The notes beneath the pieces were generated by a model, which did not search any database, had not been told where the DNA came from, and saw only the letters and a program-made list of their open reading frames with translations. From assembly GCA_964421245.1 (NCBI GenBank), contig CAYQVW010000009.1:1404-65403 (forward strand): DNA of 64,000 nucleotides. Direction: 5' to 3'. Shown here piece after piece: positions 36,327-45,867 of the stretch (within the stretch, counting starts at the first letter, position 1; each line of letters starts with the position of its first letter). This DNA comes from an uncultured bacterium. Lineage in GTDB: Bacteria; Margulisbacteria; WOR-1; XYC2-FULL-46-14. The position numbers and the translations under genes are program-made.

Positions 36327-36399
36327 TTGGGGGAGAAGGGCTCGAACCCTCATTGGCGGAATCAGAATCCGCAGTCCTACCATTAGACGATCCCCCACT
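36327..36399 (-). tRNA. tRNA-Gln (anticodon CTG)
   Basis: Reverse complement TGGGGGATCGTCTAATGGTAGGACTGCGGATTCTGATTCCGCCAATGAGGGTTCGAGCCCTTCTCCCCCAA. Anticodon loop TTCTGAT as in bacterial tRNA-Gln. T-loop TTCGAGC. No encoded CCA. Confidence 0.8.
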
Positions 36400-36643
36400 A
36401 ATACGGCAGTGCCCACCAGTTTGGCCTAAATACTAAAATATAACTTCCGTAAAGAATAATAAAAACACAAGTTCCAATAAAAATCTTATAAAAGATCGTA
36501 TTGGGTTCGTTAAAACGTTTGCGCATCCAAAGTGCAAAAAGAAGAGCTAAAATTCCAATCAGAACTGTAGCCCCTCCCTTAAAAACAGGATTCATATTTA
36601 CAAACTGAAGAACCTTGATCCAAAAAGCGTATTTTTCTACCAT
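36398..36643 (-). CDS. Small two-TM membrane protein, hypothetical
   Basis: 81 aa, two hydrophobic helices. Abuts tRNA-Gln. Confidence 0.3.
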   Translation of the reverse strand: MVEKYAFWIKVLQFVNMNPVFKGGATVLIGILALLFALWMRKRFNEPNTIFYKIFIGTCVFIILYGSYILVFRPNWWALPY

Positions 36644-36677
36644 AGCATTATTTTAACATACTTTGCTATAATAGGGC

Positions 36678-38228
36678 ATGCCGCACAAATGCGATATATT
36701 AATAATTGGAGCCGGAATTGCGGGACTTCGAGCAGCAAAAACAGCTTCAAAGTTTGGCAAGGTCATCCTTCTAACAAAAGGAAAAATCGGTGAATCCGCG
36801 ACAGAAAAAGCCCAGGGAGGAATCGCAGCCGCAATTGATGAAATTAGAGACTCAACCGACTTCCACTTTGAAGATACTATCAAAGCCGGAGCGGGCTTGT
36901 GCAACGAAGAAGCAGTAAAAATTCTGGTAAACGAGGGAGTCGAAAGGGTAAAAGAGTTAATCGAGATGGGAGCCCAGTTCGATAAGGCTGAAACCGAGGG
37001 TGGGTTTGCCCTAGCGTTGGAAGGCGCTCACAAAAGAAGAAGAATTCTCCATGCCGGCGACGCTACCGGAGCCGAAATAGAAAAAACCCTCGGCTACAAT
37101 GTCATACAAGAAGACTTAGTTGAAGTTCATCCTTTTACTTTAGGAATCAAATTAATTATGGAAGACGGAAAATGTCTTGGAGCAATTGCTCTTGATATAA
37201 AAAACAATAAGGTTGATACCTTTTATTCCAAAGCTACAATACTTACAACCGGAGGAGTATGCCAAAACTATCTTTATACAACTAATCCAGAAGTAGCAAC
37301 CGGCGACGGCATTGCCATGGCTTATGCTATTGGTGCACAAGTAACCGATATGGAATTTATCCAGTTCCATCCCACCACCCTAGTCCACTCTAAACAATTT
37401 GAAGACATGATCGCCCTACCCCAATTCTTAATCTCAGAAGCAGTCCGTGGAGAAGGAGCAATTCTTCTAAATAACCGTGGCGAACGTTTTATTGAAGAGC
37501 TTGCCCCCCGTGATATTGTCTCTCGCGCAATTGTTGAAGAGATGAAAAAGACCAAAGCAGACCATGTTTTCTTAAGCCTCAAATTACCACCCGATAAAAT
37601 AAAAAGACGTTTCCCTGTTATCTATAAAACCTGTTTGGAAAGAGGACTAGACATAACCCGCGATCAGATTCCGGTCGCTCCGGGTGCTCACTACTTTATG
37701 GGAGGGATTAAAACCGACACAAACGCGAAAACAAATATCAAAAATCTGTATGCAGCAGGAGAATGTGCCTCATTGGGTGTACATGGAGCAAACCGCCTGG
37801 CCTCAAACTCTCTGCTGGACGGATTAGTCTTTGGACATCGGGCTGCAATTGCAGCAAAAGATTGCCTGAAAAATCAAATTAAACAACCAAGCTTTGATTT
37901 TAATCTGGGCAAAGGAAAACTTACCCCACAAGAGATTCGACGACTTACCCTAATCGTCAAAACGACCATGTGGAATCATGTTGGCATAATTCGCTCAGAA
38001 AAATCACTAAAAGAAGCACAAAAGAAACTAAACATGATAGACGTTGAACTACACCCACAAAATAAAGCCGAGATTGAGTTGCAAAATATGCTCCTTGTAG
38101 CTAAATTAATAATACAGGCAGCGCTAGATAGAAAAGAATCTCGCGGAGCACACTATCGCATCGACTTCCCTAATAGAGATGACAATAACTGGAATAGGCA
38201 TCTTGTCTATTGTAAAATAAAGCCATGA
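36678..38228 (+). CDS. nadB: L-aspartate oxidase
   Basis: DILIIGAGIAGLRAA FAD motif, RGEGAIL, HYFMGGI. C-terminal ESRGAHYRIDFP is typical of NadB within the succinate dehydrogenase/fumarate reductase flavoprotein family. Confidence 0.8.
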   Translation: MPHKCDILIIGAGIAGLRAAKTASKFGKVILLTKGKIGESATEKAQGGIAAAIDEIRDSTDFHFEDTIKAGAGLCNEEAVKILVNEGVERVKELIEMGAQFDKAETEGGFALALEGAHKRRRILHAGDATGAEIEKTLGYNVIQEDLVEVHPFTLGIKLIMEDGKCLGAIALDIKNNKVDTFYSKATILTTGGVCQNYLYTTNPEVATGDGIAMAYAIGAQVTDMEFIQFHPTTLVHSKQFEDMIALPQFLISEAVRGEGAILLNNRGERFIEELAPRDIVSRAIVEEMKKTKADHVFLSLKLPPDKIKRRFPVIYKTCLERGLDITRDQIPVAPGAHYFMGGIKTDTNAKTNIKNLYAAGECASLGVHGANRLASNSLLDGLVFGHRAAIAAKDCLKNQIKQPSFDFNLGKGKLTPQEIRRLTLIVKTTMWNHVGIIRSEKSLKEAQKKLNMIDVELHPQNKAEIELQNMLLVAKLIIQAALDRKESRGAHYRIDFPNRDDNNWNRHLVYCKIKP

Positions 38229-39244
38229 CAAACAAAAAATCAATTATTAGAGGCGTAATTTTTATCCTTGTCTTTGCACTGTTGTTTTATATACGTGATA
38301 GCCTTTTTCCAGTTGTTTTGGCTCTTATCCTCTTTTTTGTTTTAAACCCTTTGGTTGTACTTCTTAACAAAAAAAGAAAGCGTTGGCATGGATTAAACAT
38401 TAATATTTCTATCTTTCTTTCTTTTTTACTAGCAACTGTTACCATATCTCTGTTTTTTAGGTTTATCATTCCACCACTAACGGCAGAATTTAATCGTTTC
38501 AGCCAAAATATCCCAACATATCTAAACTCAACCAAAAACATCTTTTATGATCTACAGGCCTGGTACACAGGACACGAAATCCCAACAGCCCTACAAAATG
38601 TTCTTGTTTCTGGATTTGAGAATCTTGCGAAAACATTTATTAATCTCACTCAATCAACTGCAAAAAATATCGTAGGGGTAGCTGGACAATTTGTAAAAAT
38701 AATTATTGTTCCAATTCTAACCTTCTATCTTCTAAAAGATAAGGCAAAGATAAGATCCGGCATGCTCAGTCTTCTGCCAAACGAGTATCGCCAAAAAACC
38801 GAAAAAATTCTTAATAAAATAAGCCAAACCTTATCTAGTTATGTAAAGGGTGTTTTAATTCTCTGTATTGTGGTTGGAATATTTGCAACAATTGGGTTAT
38901 ATCTATTAGGGGTAAAATACGCGCTGATACTTGGGTTAATTGCAGGCGTTACAGAAGCTATTCCAATTGTCGGTCCGTGGATTGGTGCCTTACCTGCTAT
39001 TATGATTGCACTTATTATAGACCCCATACTAGCTGTTAAGGTTGCAATACTTTTTCTTGTGATTCAACTATTAGAAAATTCTATTCTGGTTCCAAAGATT
39101 CTAGGGGATCACTTAAGACTACACCCAGCTGCAATTATTATTGGCATTCTAGTTCTTGGAAGCTTCTTGGGGGCTTGGGGACTCTTCTTTGCTGCTCCAA
39201 TCCTTGCCATATTAAATATTGTATATCAAGAAGTTAGAAGCTAG
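38225..39244 (+). CDS. AI-2E family transporter (PerM/YhhT, UPF0118)
   Basis: 8 TM helices with LLKDKAKIRSGMLSLLP...YVKGVLIL architecture characteristic of AI-2E family. ATGA coupling with nadB. Confidence 0.7.
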   Translation: MTNKKSIIRGVIFILVFALLFYIRDSLFPVVLALILFFVLNPLVVLLNKKRKRWHGLNINISIFLSFLLATVTISLFFRFIIPPLTAEFNRFSQNIPTYLNSTKNIFYDLQAWYTGHEIPTALQNVLVSGFENLAKTFINLTQSTAKNIVGVAGQFVKIIIVPILTFYLLKDKAKIRSGMLSLLPNEYRQKTEKILNKISQTLSSYVKGVLILCIVVGIFATIGLYLLGVKYALILGLIAGVTEAIPIVGPWIGALPAIMIALIIDPILAVKVAILFLVIQLLENSILVPKILGDHLRLHPAAIIIGILVLGSFLGAWGLFFAAPILAILNIVYQEVRS

Positions 39245-40431
39245 CTTCTCTTGGGTTCTCGCACTACCAACATAAACAAAATTAAGACTAATAAAGATAT
39301 TGTTGCACCATAAGTAAAAGCAACTGAAGAATTAAAACTATCCCACAACAGACCAGCAATAGCGGTAGCTGGAAGGGCCACTAATCCAACCGTGGTATGA
39401 TAATAACCAAAAGCTGTAGCACGTTTCTCTGGCAGCGAAAAGTGAGCAACCAGCGCTCTTGGAACAACATCTAAAATCGCAATTGCAATACCATAAACAG
39501 CAAAAAAGAGCCAAGCCTGATTTTGAGTTACAGCAGAAGCAAAACCTAAATGGGTAAAGCAAAATAAAGCGTAGCCAACCATTAATACTTTTCTAAGACC
39601 AATATGATCGGCTAAATGTCCGATTGGTCTGGCAGAAATAGAATAAATCAAATTATAAAATAAATAAATGATTGGGATCATTGGTATGGCAACTCCAAGA
39701 TCAGCTGCTTTTAAAACAAAAATAATATAACTAAATTTTGAGAGCTCAAAAATCCCAGAAAGAATTAGAAAGAATTTATAATCACGCCTAAATCCAGAAA
39801 AAACCATCTTCTCCACATTCCTCAAATCGATTTTTTGTTTAATGTCGCGAACAAATACAGCCAAAACTAAAACAGCAATAAGCCCCGGGATAACCGATAG
39901 CCAAAAAATATTACGATACTGAGTTAGCTGATCCATCACAAAATAATTTGAGAAAATAAACAACAACAAGGAAGCAAGTAATGCTCCAACTACTGCACCA
40001 GCAGTATCCATTGCCCGATGAAACCCAAAGGCTTTAGAATAATCTTTTTCCAAAACCGATTCTGCAATAAGAGCGTCTCGCGGTGAGCTTCTAAACCCCT
40101 TCCCTACCCGATCAAAAAACCTAACTGCCAATATCTGGTACCAAAAATTAGTTAAGGCTAAAAAGGGCTTAACAATTGTTGATAGAGTGTATCCAATTAA
40201 TATAAGTGGTTTTCTGGCTTGGACTCTATCCGAGAGCCATCCAGAAACAGTTTTTAGAATACTTGCTGTCGATTGCGCAATCCCCTCAATTATTCCGATC
40301 CAGGTTTTTGTTATCCCAAGCCCAGACATAAAGATCGGCATAACCGAAAAGATCATTTCAGAACTTACATCTGTAAAAAAACTCGTAATACTCAAGAACA
40401 AAACATTCTTATTCTTACCCTTTTTCATCAT
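39241..40431 (-). CDS. MFS transporter
   Basis: 12 predicted TM helices. Loop RFFDRVGKGFRSSPRDALIAE resembles the MFS motif A region. Confidence 0.7.
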   Translation of the reverse strand: MMKKGKNKNVLFLSITSFFTDVSSEMIFSVMPIFMSGLGITKTWIGIIEGIAQSTASILKTVSGWLSDRVQARKPLILIGYTLSTIVKPFLALTNFWYQILAVRFFDRVGKGFRSSPRDALIAESVLEKDYSKAFGFHRAMDTAGAVVGALLASLLLFIFSNYFVMDQLTQYRNIFWLSVIPGLIAVLVLAVFVRDIKQKIDLRNVEKMVFSGFRRDYKFFLILSGIFELSKFSYIIFVLKAADLGVAIPMIPIIYLFYNLIYSISARPIGHLADHIGLRKVLMVGYALFCFTHLGFASAVTQNQAWLFFAVYGIAIAILDVVPRALVAHFSLPEKRATAFGYYHTTVGLVALPATAIAGLLWDSFNSSVAFTYGATISLLVLILFMLVVREPKRS

Positions 40432-40439
40432 TGCCCTCC

Positions 40440-42089
40440 CTAAGTACGTTTAAACAATTTAGCTAAGTCTGCCTCGCTAAATTTTATAATTGTAGGTCTT
40501 CCATGTGGACAGGTCAAGGGATTTTCCGTCTTATATAAATCGCGTATCAATTGATTTATCTCGTCGGTAGACAATTTGTCCCCGGCCTTAATAGCCCCAT
40601 GACAGGCCATAAGCTTTAAAACTTTTTCTCTGGATTTCTCCTTTCCCAGTTCTAAATCTTCCAAAAGAGCTCGGGCAGATCCTTTTCCAAGAAACGACGG
40701 CACAGACCGCAAAAGAAAAGAATCTCTACCAAAAACCTCAAGATCAAAACCCAAACTCTTTATATATTCTAAATTTTCTTCCAATACCAAAGCCTCTGCA
40801 TGATCAAACTCTAATGTTTCGGGCATTAGCAATGACTGTTTACTAATTGCTTCTAACTTATTACTTAACTGATCAAACAAGATCCTCTCATGCGCAGCGT
40901 GCTGATCAATTAAAACTAGTCCCTCACCGTCGGTTGCAACAATATAGGTGTTTTTAAATTGATAAATTGGAATATAGGGCTGTATTTCGGTTATCTCAAT
41001 TTCAACTTCTGGTATAGTTCCAAGTTGTAGTTGTTCCATCTCCGGTTGCCAATTTTTTCTATCTTCAAAACGATCAAAAGATTCAACTCCTGATGCTTGT
41101 ATAGTTAAACTAGAAAGAGCCTTTTTTGCAGCGGCTGCTACTGAATCTAATACCTCTCTGGTTTTTAGAAATTTCACTTCACGCTTAGTCGGATGGACAT
41201 TAACATCTACCTCATTTCCAGCCACATTAATAAAAAGAACTGCGATTGGATAACGACCCTGAGGAATTAGGGTCCGATAAGCTGATTCTAAGGCTGAGGA
41301 GACCAGGGCATTGCGAATATATCTTCCATTTACAAAAATAGATTCGTAATTCCTATCTACTCTAGATAGATTGGGTTTTGAAATATAACCATAAACTCTA
41401 TCTCCGGGAACCTCGATTAATTCTTTGGCGATTTCCGATTTATAAATAGAAGAAATAGCATCAAGCAGATCACCATTTCCAGACGATGAATAAATTTGTT
41501 TTCCATCAGAAGTAAGTTTAACTTTTATCTTGGAATTTGAAAGAATCAACTTAGAGATTAGGGTCGAAATATGCCCCATTTCAACATAATTACTCTTTAA
41601 AAATTTCTTTCGAGCAGGAACGTTATAGAACAACTCTTTAACTGTTATCGAGGTGCCCTTGGGACCACCAACCTCTTCTTCTTTTTTTATCTTTCCACCC
41701 TCTATCTGTATAGACATGCCATGGCATGTCTCTCCCCCTTCTTCTCTCGCCCCCGACTGGATCTCAACTTTTGCCACAGAACAGATCGATGGCAACGCTT
41801 CACCACGAAAACCGAGAGTACCGATATTAAAAAGGTCATCATAAGAAGAAATTTTAGAGGTAGAGTGGCGCTCGACAGACAATTTAAGTTCCTCTTTGCT
41901 CATCCCCACCCCATTGTCAGAAACACGAATCAGTCTCTTACCAGCATTCTGAATTTCAATTGTAATGTGAGTGGCCTTAGCATCAATTGCATTTTCAACC
42001 AATTCTTTAACTACCGAGGCAGGGCGTTCAATTACCTCTCCAGCTGCAATCTTATTAATTAGATCCGAGGATAATACTTGAATTGGCAT
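40440..42089 (-). CDS. mutL: DNA mismatch repair protein MutL
   Basis: MPIQVLSSDLINKIAAGEVIERPASVVKELVENAIDA is the canonical MutL N-terminus (GHKL ATPase). Start placed at MPIQVL rather than the upstream in-frame Met. Confidence 0.9.
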   Translation of the reverse strand: MPIQVLSSDLINKIAAGEVIERPASVVKELVENAIDAKATHITIEIQNAGKRLIRVSDNGVGMSKEELKLSVERHSTSKISSYDDLFNIGTLGFRGEALPSICSVAKVEIQSGAREEGGETCHGMSIQIEGGKIKKEEEVGGPKGTSITVKELFYNVPARKKFLKSNYVEMGHISTLISKLILSNSKIKVKLTSDGKQIYSSSGNGDLLDAISSIYKSEIAKELIEVPGDRVYGYISKPNLSRVDRNYESIFVNGRYIRNALVSSALESAYRTLIPQGRYPIAVLFINVAGNEVDVNVHPTKREVKFLKTREVLDSVAAAAKKALSSLTIQASGVESFDRFEDRKNWQPEMEQLQLGTIPEVEIEITEIQPYIPIYQFKNTYIVATDGEGLVLIDQHAAHERILFDQLSNKLEAISKQSLLMPETLEFDHAEALVLEENLEYIKSLGFDLEVFGRDSFLLRSVPSFLGKGSARALLEDLELGKEKSREKVLKLMACHGAIKAGDKLSTDEINQLIRDLYKTENPLTCPHGRPTIIKFSEADLAKLFKRT

Positions 42090-42137
42090 ACAAACATTAT
42101 ACATGAAATTTTTAGTACAATTTAACGATATATCCCT

Positions 42138-43700
42138 ATGAAGACAGAATTAATAAAATCCGCTGCAATGCAGAGACAAAACGTGCCATTGGTACACGCA
42201 GCAACTGGTAAAGCAATTACAGATATGAGTTGGACCCATCCAATCTGCTCCCCTCCAATTGACACTCAACCTCTTGGCTTTCACTCCTTGCTTCCTCTTA
42301 TACAAAACTTAGTAACTGAAACAGCAGAGGCTGTTGGAAGTAATCCACAAGAGGTAGCAAAAAGAACAAGTCTTGGGCTAGAATTAGCATCAGAAATGAC
42401 TCAGAATCCCGAAGAAGAGACAGAACAAACAAGACAATTATTAAAAAAGGCTTATTATATTGGAGGGGTTTTAGAATCTCTAGACAAGCTAGATTCAACA
42501 TCGTTTACACAAGCAACTGAATCCCAATTAAGCAAAAAAATACTTATATATTTACTCCCCCAAATGACAGCAAGATTAACAGAATTATGTATATTAAGAA
42601 GATCGCACGCTAACCCAAATATTTCTCAAAAGCTTGATGCTTTTGTTGCCAAATTATTAGAACTAATCCAAGAAATTTATTGCAATGGAACAGCAACAGA
42701 AAAAGAGGCAATTGCATACCAAGCAATTAGTATTTTAAAATCAGCAAACTGGGACAAGCAATACTTAACAGCTGAAATCGCAGTTAAAATTCTAACTAGA
42801 AAAACTGAATCAGCTCACATGCTAGCATCAGAACTTCAAAAACAATCTAGCACTGGTCAAATACTTCTTGCAACAATAAAAATGGGGAAATTGTTCAGAA
42901 TCAGACAATTATTTATAGAAGTCACAAACTCTCTTTCAGAAAAAGACCTAATATCACTTACACATTGTCTTGGTCAATTCCCAAACGAAGGAACCACACA
43001 AACTGAATTCTTTGCAATAGAAACTGTACTAGCTAGATTAACTCAAATCAGTCTAGGAAAAACAAAAGAGGCGGCAAAGGCTAGAAAAATTGTAGATGCA
43101 CATACTCACGTTGAATCAGTCTCTAACCAACCCATCAATTGGAGTCAGGTCAATTTAGCAACTGCCTTAAGGCTTGTTCCAATAGTAGAAAAAGCAAGAA
43201 AAGGAAAACACCTGCAAGCACACAAAGAACTAAGGCGCCTAACCTATTTGGCCTTAAAATGTGGCATTTCTTTATCTAAGTCTCCTCTCCATCTAATTTT
43301 AGAATATGAAAAAAAGAAAAAATATCCTCCCCTATATGATGGACTTAAAAGAAGACTCCACGCCCCCCTTGGTGACTCCCAAATAGCTTACGCCTTAAGT
43401 GCTATCCCAACTAGCAAACATAGACCCTATCTACAAACAATTAAAAACATAACCGACAATCAAACTGCAATGAAAATAAGGATTAGAAACATGTTGCTTT
43501 ATGGAAAACACACAGAACTTTTAGGCTTAAATATCGCCTTAAGGATTGTCATAAGCTATGGGGGGAACACCGAAGCAGCTCTATCACTATTAAAAGATAT
43601 TGCTACAGGAAGAGAATTGCTCGGCGCGAACGAATACACAATGCTAACTGTCTTTCAAAGAAAAGAGACTTGGTTAATAAGTGAGTTAGAAAGAATGTAG
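42138..43700 (+). CDS. Hypothetical 520-aa alpha-helical protein, no recognisable domain, atypical codon composition
   Basis: No TM or signal peptide. Rich in Gln/Thr/Ala codons such as caa/aca/gca. Sits on opposite strand between mutL and thiE. Confidence 0.4.
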   Translation: MKTELIKSAAMQRQNVPLVHAATGKAITDMSWTHPICSPPIDTQPLGFHSLLPLIQNLVTETAEAVGSNPQEVAKRTSLGLELASEMTQNPEEETEQTRQLLKKAYYIGGVLESLDKLDSTSFTQATESQLSKKILIYLLPQMTARLTELCILRRSHANPNISQKLDAFVAKLLELIQEIYCNGTATEKEAIAYQAISILKSANWDKQYLTAEIAVKILTRKTESAHMLASELQKQSSTGQILLATIKMGKLFRIRQLFIEVTNSLSEKDLISLTHCLGQFPNEGTTQTEFFAIETVLARLTQISLGKTKEAAKARKIVDAHTHVESVSNQPINWSQVNLATALRLVPIVEKARKGKHLQAHKELRRLTYLALKCGISLSKSPLHLILEYEKKKKYPPLYDGLKRRLHAPLGDSQIAYALSAIPTSKHRPYLQTIKNITDNQTAMKIRIRNMLLYGKHTELLGLNIALRIVISYGGNTEAALSLLKDIATGRELLGANEYTMLTVFQRKETWLISELERM

Positions 43701-44720
43701 TCTTTCTTTCAGCCTTTTCACAGAATTTTTAATACTCTTCGAATTAACAACCACCCTAATCACCGCCACCCTATCTACTCCAACATCTTTTATCTTTTGA
43801 ATATTATTTAAGTTAATCCCCCCAATCGCAACAATTGGAACCATCATTCTTCTCCTTATCCTTGCTAGCTCCCCAACCCCTATACCCTTTTTACCTGGCT
43901 TACTCTCCGTCTCAAATATATTCCCAACCGCAATATAATCTACCCCATCCCTTTGGGCTTTCAATGCTTCGGCTAAATTATGGGTAGATACTCCGATTAA
44001 CTTATCGGGACCTAAAATCTTTCTAGCCTTCTTTGGATTTCCATCTTTTTGACCAAGATGAACCCCATCAGCATCCACCTTTTTAGCCACATCAACCTTA
44101 TCATTAACTATAAAAGCAACTCCAGCCTTCTTAGTGATTTTTCTTATTTTTTGAGCAAGTTTCAAATACTTTTTCTTTGAAGCAAATTTATCTCTTAGCT
44201 GAACTATTTTAATTCCACCAGCAATTGCTTCTTTAACCACTTTAATATGATCTCTCATAGGATCAGTTACTAAGTAAAGATTAAAATCGAGTTTTTCATT
44301 TTTTAATAAAACAGGGTCTAGTTCTGACTCCAGATCATATGACCTAAAACGCAGTTCTTTAAACTTTCGACCAAGTTGAGGATTTATTAATTTCGAAAAC
44401 TCCTCAAGACAACGCAAACCCTCTTCTACTCGCTTAATATTAGATTTAAAAATAGAATAAATAGAGCTTCTTTTTGACTCCCCTTTTGGATAAGTTTTCC
44501 TACCAACGTCCCTTTTTGAGTCCCTCATCTTAGAAGCCCTCAATTTGATTGTGAAACTTTTCACAATCTGCCGCATCTTTTTTATTCTGAGTGAAGCCTT
44601 TTTATCATTTAAGATAAAACGACTAATTTCTTCAACAACGCGTAAACCTTCCATTGTTCTATTGGTGTTTACATCAATTATTCTTAATACTTTATCCATC
44701 ACATAACCTTTTTTGTCCAT
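43686..44720 (-). CDS. thiE: Thiamine-phosphate synthase with ~130-aa N-terminal extension containing an internal duplicated motif
   Basis: C-terminal 210 aa: LYLVTDP...IVQLRDK...GVHLGQKD...IGVSTHN...DYIAVGNIFET.SKPG...IVAIGGI matches ThiE. N-terminal region has two similar ~25-aa segments (IIDVNTNRTMEGLRVVEEISRFILND / IFKSNIKRVEEGLRCLEEFSKLINP). Confidence 0.8.
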   Translation of the reverse strand: MDKKGYVMDKVLRIIDVNTNRTMEGLRVVEEISRFILNDKKASLRIKKMRQIVKSFTIKLRASKMRDSKRDVGRKTYPKGESKRSSIYSIFKSNIKRVEEGLRCLEEFSKLINPQLGRKFKELRFRSYDLESELDPVLLKNEKLDFNLYLVTDPMRDHIKVVKEAIAGGIKIVQLRDKFASKKKYLKLAQKIRKITKKAGVAFIVNDKVDVAKKVDADGVHLGQKDGNPKKARKILGPDKLIGVSTHNLAEALKAQRDGVDYIAVGNIFETESKPGKKGIGVGELARIRRRMMVPIVAIGGINLNNIQKIKDVGVDRVAVIRVVVNSKSIKNSVKRLKERLHSF

Positions 44721-45529
44721 TGAAGTGGATTAACCCTTACATTATTTACCGAAAGCCCCCAATGCAGATGGGGTCCTGATGAAATACCAGAATTACCAGT
44801 TTTGGCAATATACTCACCTTTTGGAACTACGTATCCAACCGGAACTAAAAATTCCGAAAGATGAAAATAGAGCGAATGTACCCCTTGCCCATGATCAATA
44901 ATAATCGTTCCGCCAAAAGCCTTCAGCCTTTTAGCAAAAACCAATACCCCACGATTAACTGCCTTTACCTTTGTCCCAATTGCTGCCCTAAAATCAACCC
45001 CCCGATGACACCCACGTCTTTTTTTATTAATGTATTCACGCCTGCCAAACCCCATGGTAATAATTCCAGGAACTGGCTTAATGAATCTTCGCTCCCACGA
45101 CTGCTCTGGCCTTTTCACTATTAAATACTTCTCAATCTCAGCCCATTCATCCGCAATGGTGCTACCAGTCAATAATTTTTTCTTGCTCGGTTTTAGTGTA
45201 AAATAGACTGTTGGAAATTTCTTAGAAACCAGCTTTATTTCTTTGTTAAAGGTTTCTATCTTTCCATCCTTCTTCTCTACTTTTATCTTAAGCGGATACC
45301 TTCCTGCTCTTCTCTCTGGCATACTCGGGAAAAGACCACGCCATTTTTGTCCGGTTCTAAAAAAGATGACCTTTCTGTTTAAAAAAGTGGCTGAGATACT
45401 TTTTATTTCTGGATTGTCTTTGATAATTACTTTAAAAACATCACCAGGATATGAACGGTCTATTGAAGCCGAAAAAGCTATGGCTGTAAAAACAATTAGA
45501 AAAAGGCTACTTAACGCAATTCTTTTCAT
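44699..45529 (-). CDS. M23 family metallopeptidase (LytM-like)
   Basis: HRGVDF...GTKVKAVNRGVLVFA...DHGQGVHSLYFHLSEF...GNSGISSGPHLHW contains HxxxD and HxH zinc-binding motifs. Confidence 0.8.
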   Translation of the reverse strand: MKRIALSSLFLIVFTAIAFSASIDRSYPGDVFKVIIKDNPEIKSISATFLNRKVIFFRTGQKWRGLFPSMPERRAGRYPLKIKVEKKDGKIETFNKEIKLVSKKFPTVYFTLKPSKKKLLTGSTIADEWAEIEKYLIVKRPEQSWERRFIKPVPGIITMGFGRREYINKKRRGCHRGVDFRAAIGTKVKAVNRGVLVFAKRLKAFGGTIIIDHGQGVHSLYFHLSEFLVPVGYVVPKGEYIAKTGNSGISSGPHLHWGLSVNNVRVNPLQWTKKVM

Positions 45530-45848
45530 CAGTAAATACTATTTGTGGCTTAAAAGATTGGGCCTCTTTTGGCGTCATTTGAGCATAGGTTAAAATAATA
45601 ACACGATTTCCGATTTCGCCAAGCTTTGCTGCCGGACCACGCAACCCAATCTCCCCTTCTTTTCCCTCAATAACATATGTCTCAAAACGATTGCCGTTTT
45701 CAAAATTAAGCACCTGGACCTTTTCATAAACCAAAATACCTGAAGCCTTTAGTAACTTTGGACAGATGGCAATACTGCCAATATACTCGTATTCTGTTGA
45801 GGTAATATAAGCCATATGGATTTTTGACTTCAATAAAGTGAGTAGCAT
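45507..45848 (-). CDS. panD: Aspartate 1-decarboxylase proenzyme
   Basis: MLLTLLKSKIHMAYITSTEYEYIGSIAI... matches PanD including the Gly-Ser self-processing site. Confidence 0.8.
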   Translation of the reverse strand: MLLTLLKSKIHMAYITSTEYEYIGSIAICPKLLKASGILVYEKVQVLNFENGNRFETYVIEGKEGEIGLRGPAAKLGEIGNRVIILTYAQMTPKEAQSFKPQIVFTDEKNCVK

Positions 45849-45867
45849 ATTATTAATTATAACACGA

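Noticed and set aside
36653-36904. 83-aa minus-strand ORF overlapping the nadB start
   Set aside because: Antisense to the FAD-binding motif region of nadB. No RBS. Spurious.
43686-44720. Possible TPP riboswitch upstream of thiE
   Set aside because: thiE overlaps the upstream M23 peptidase gene, so there is no leader in which a riboswitch could sit.
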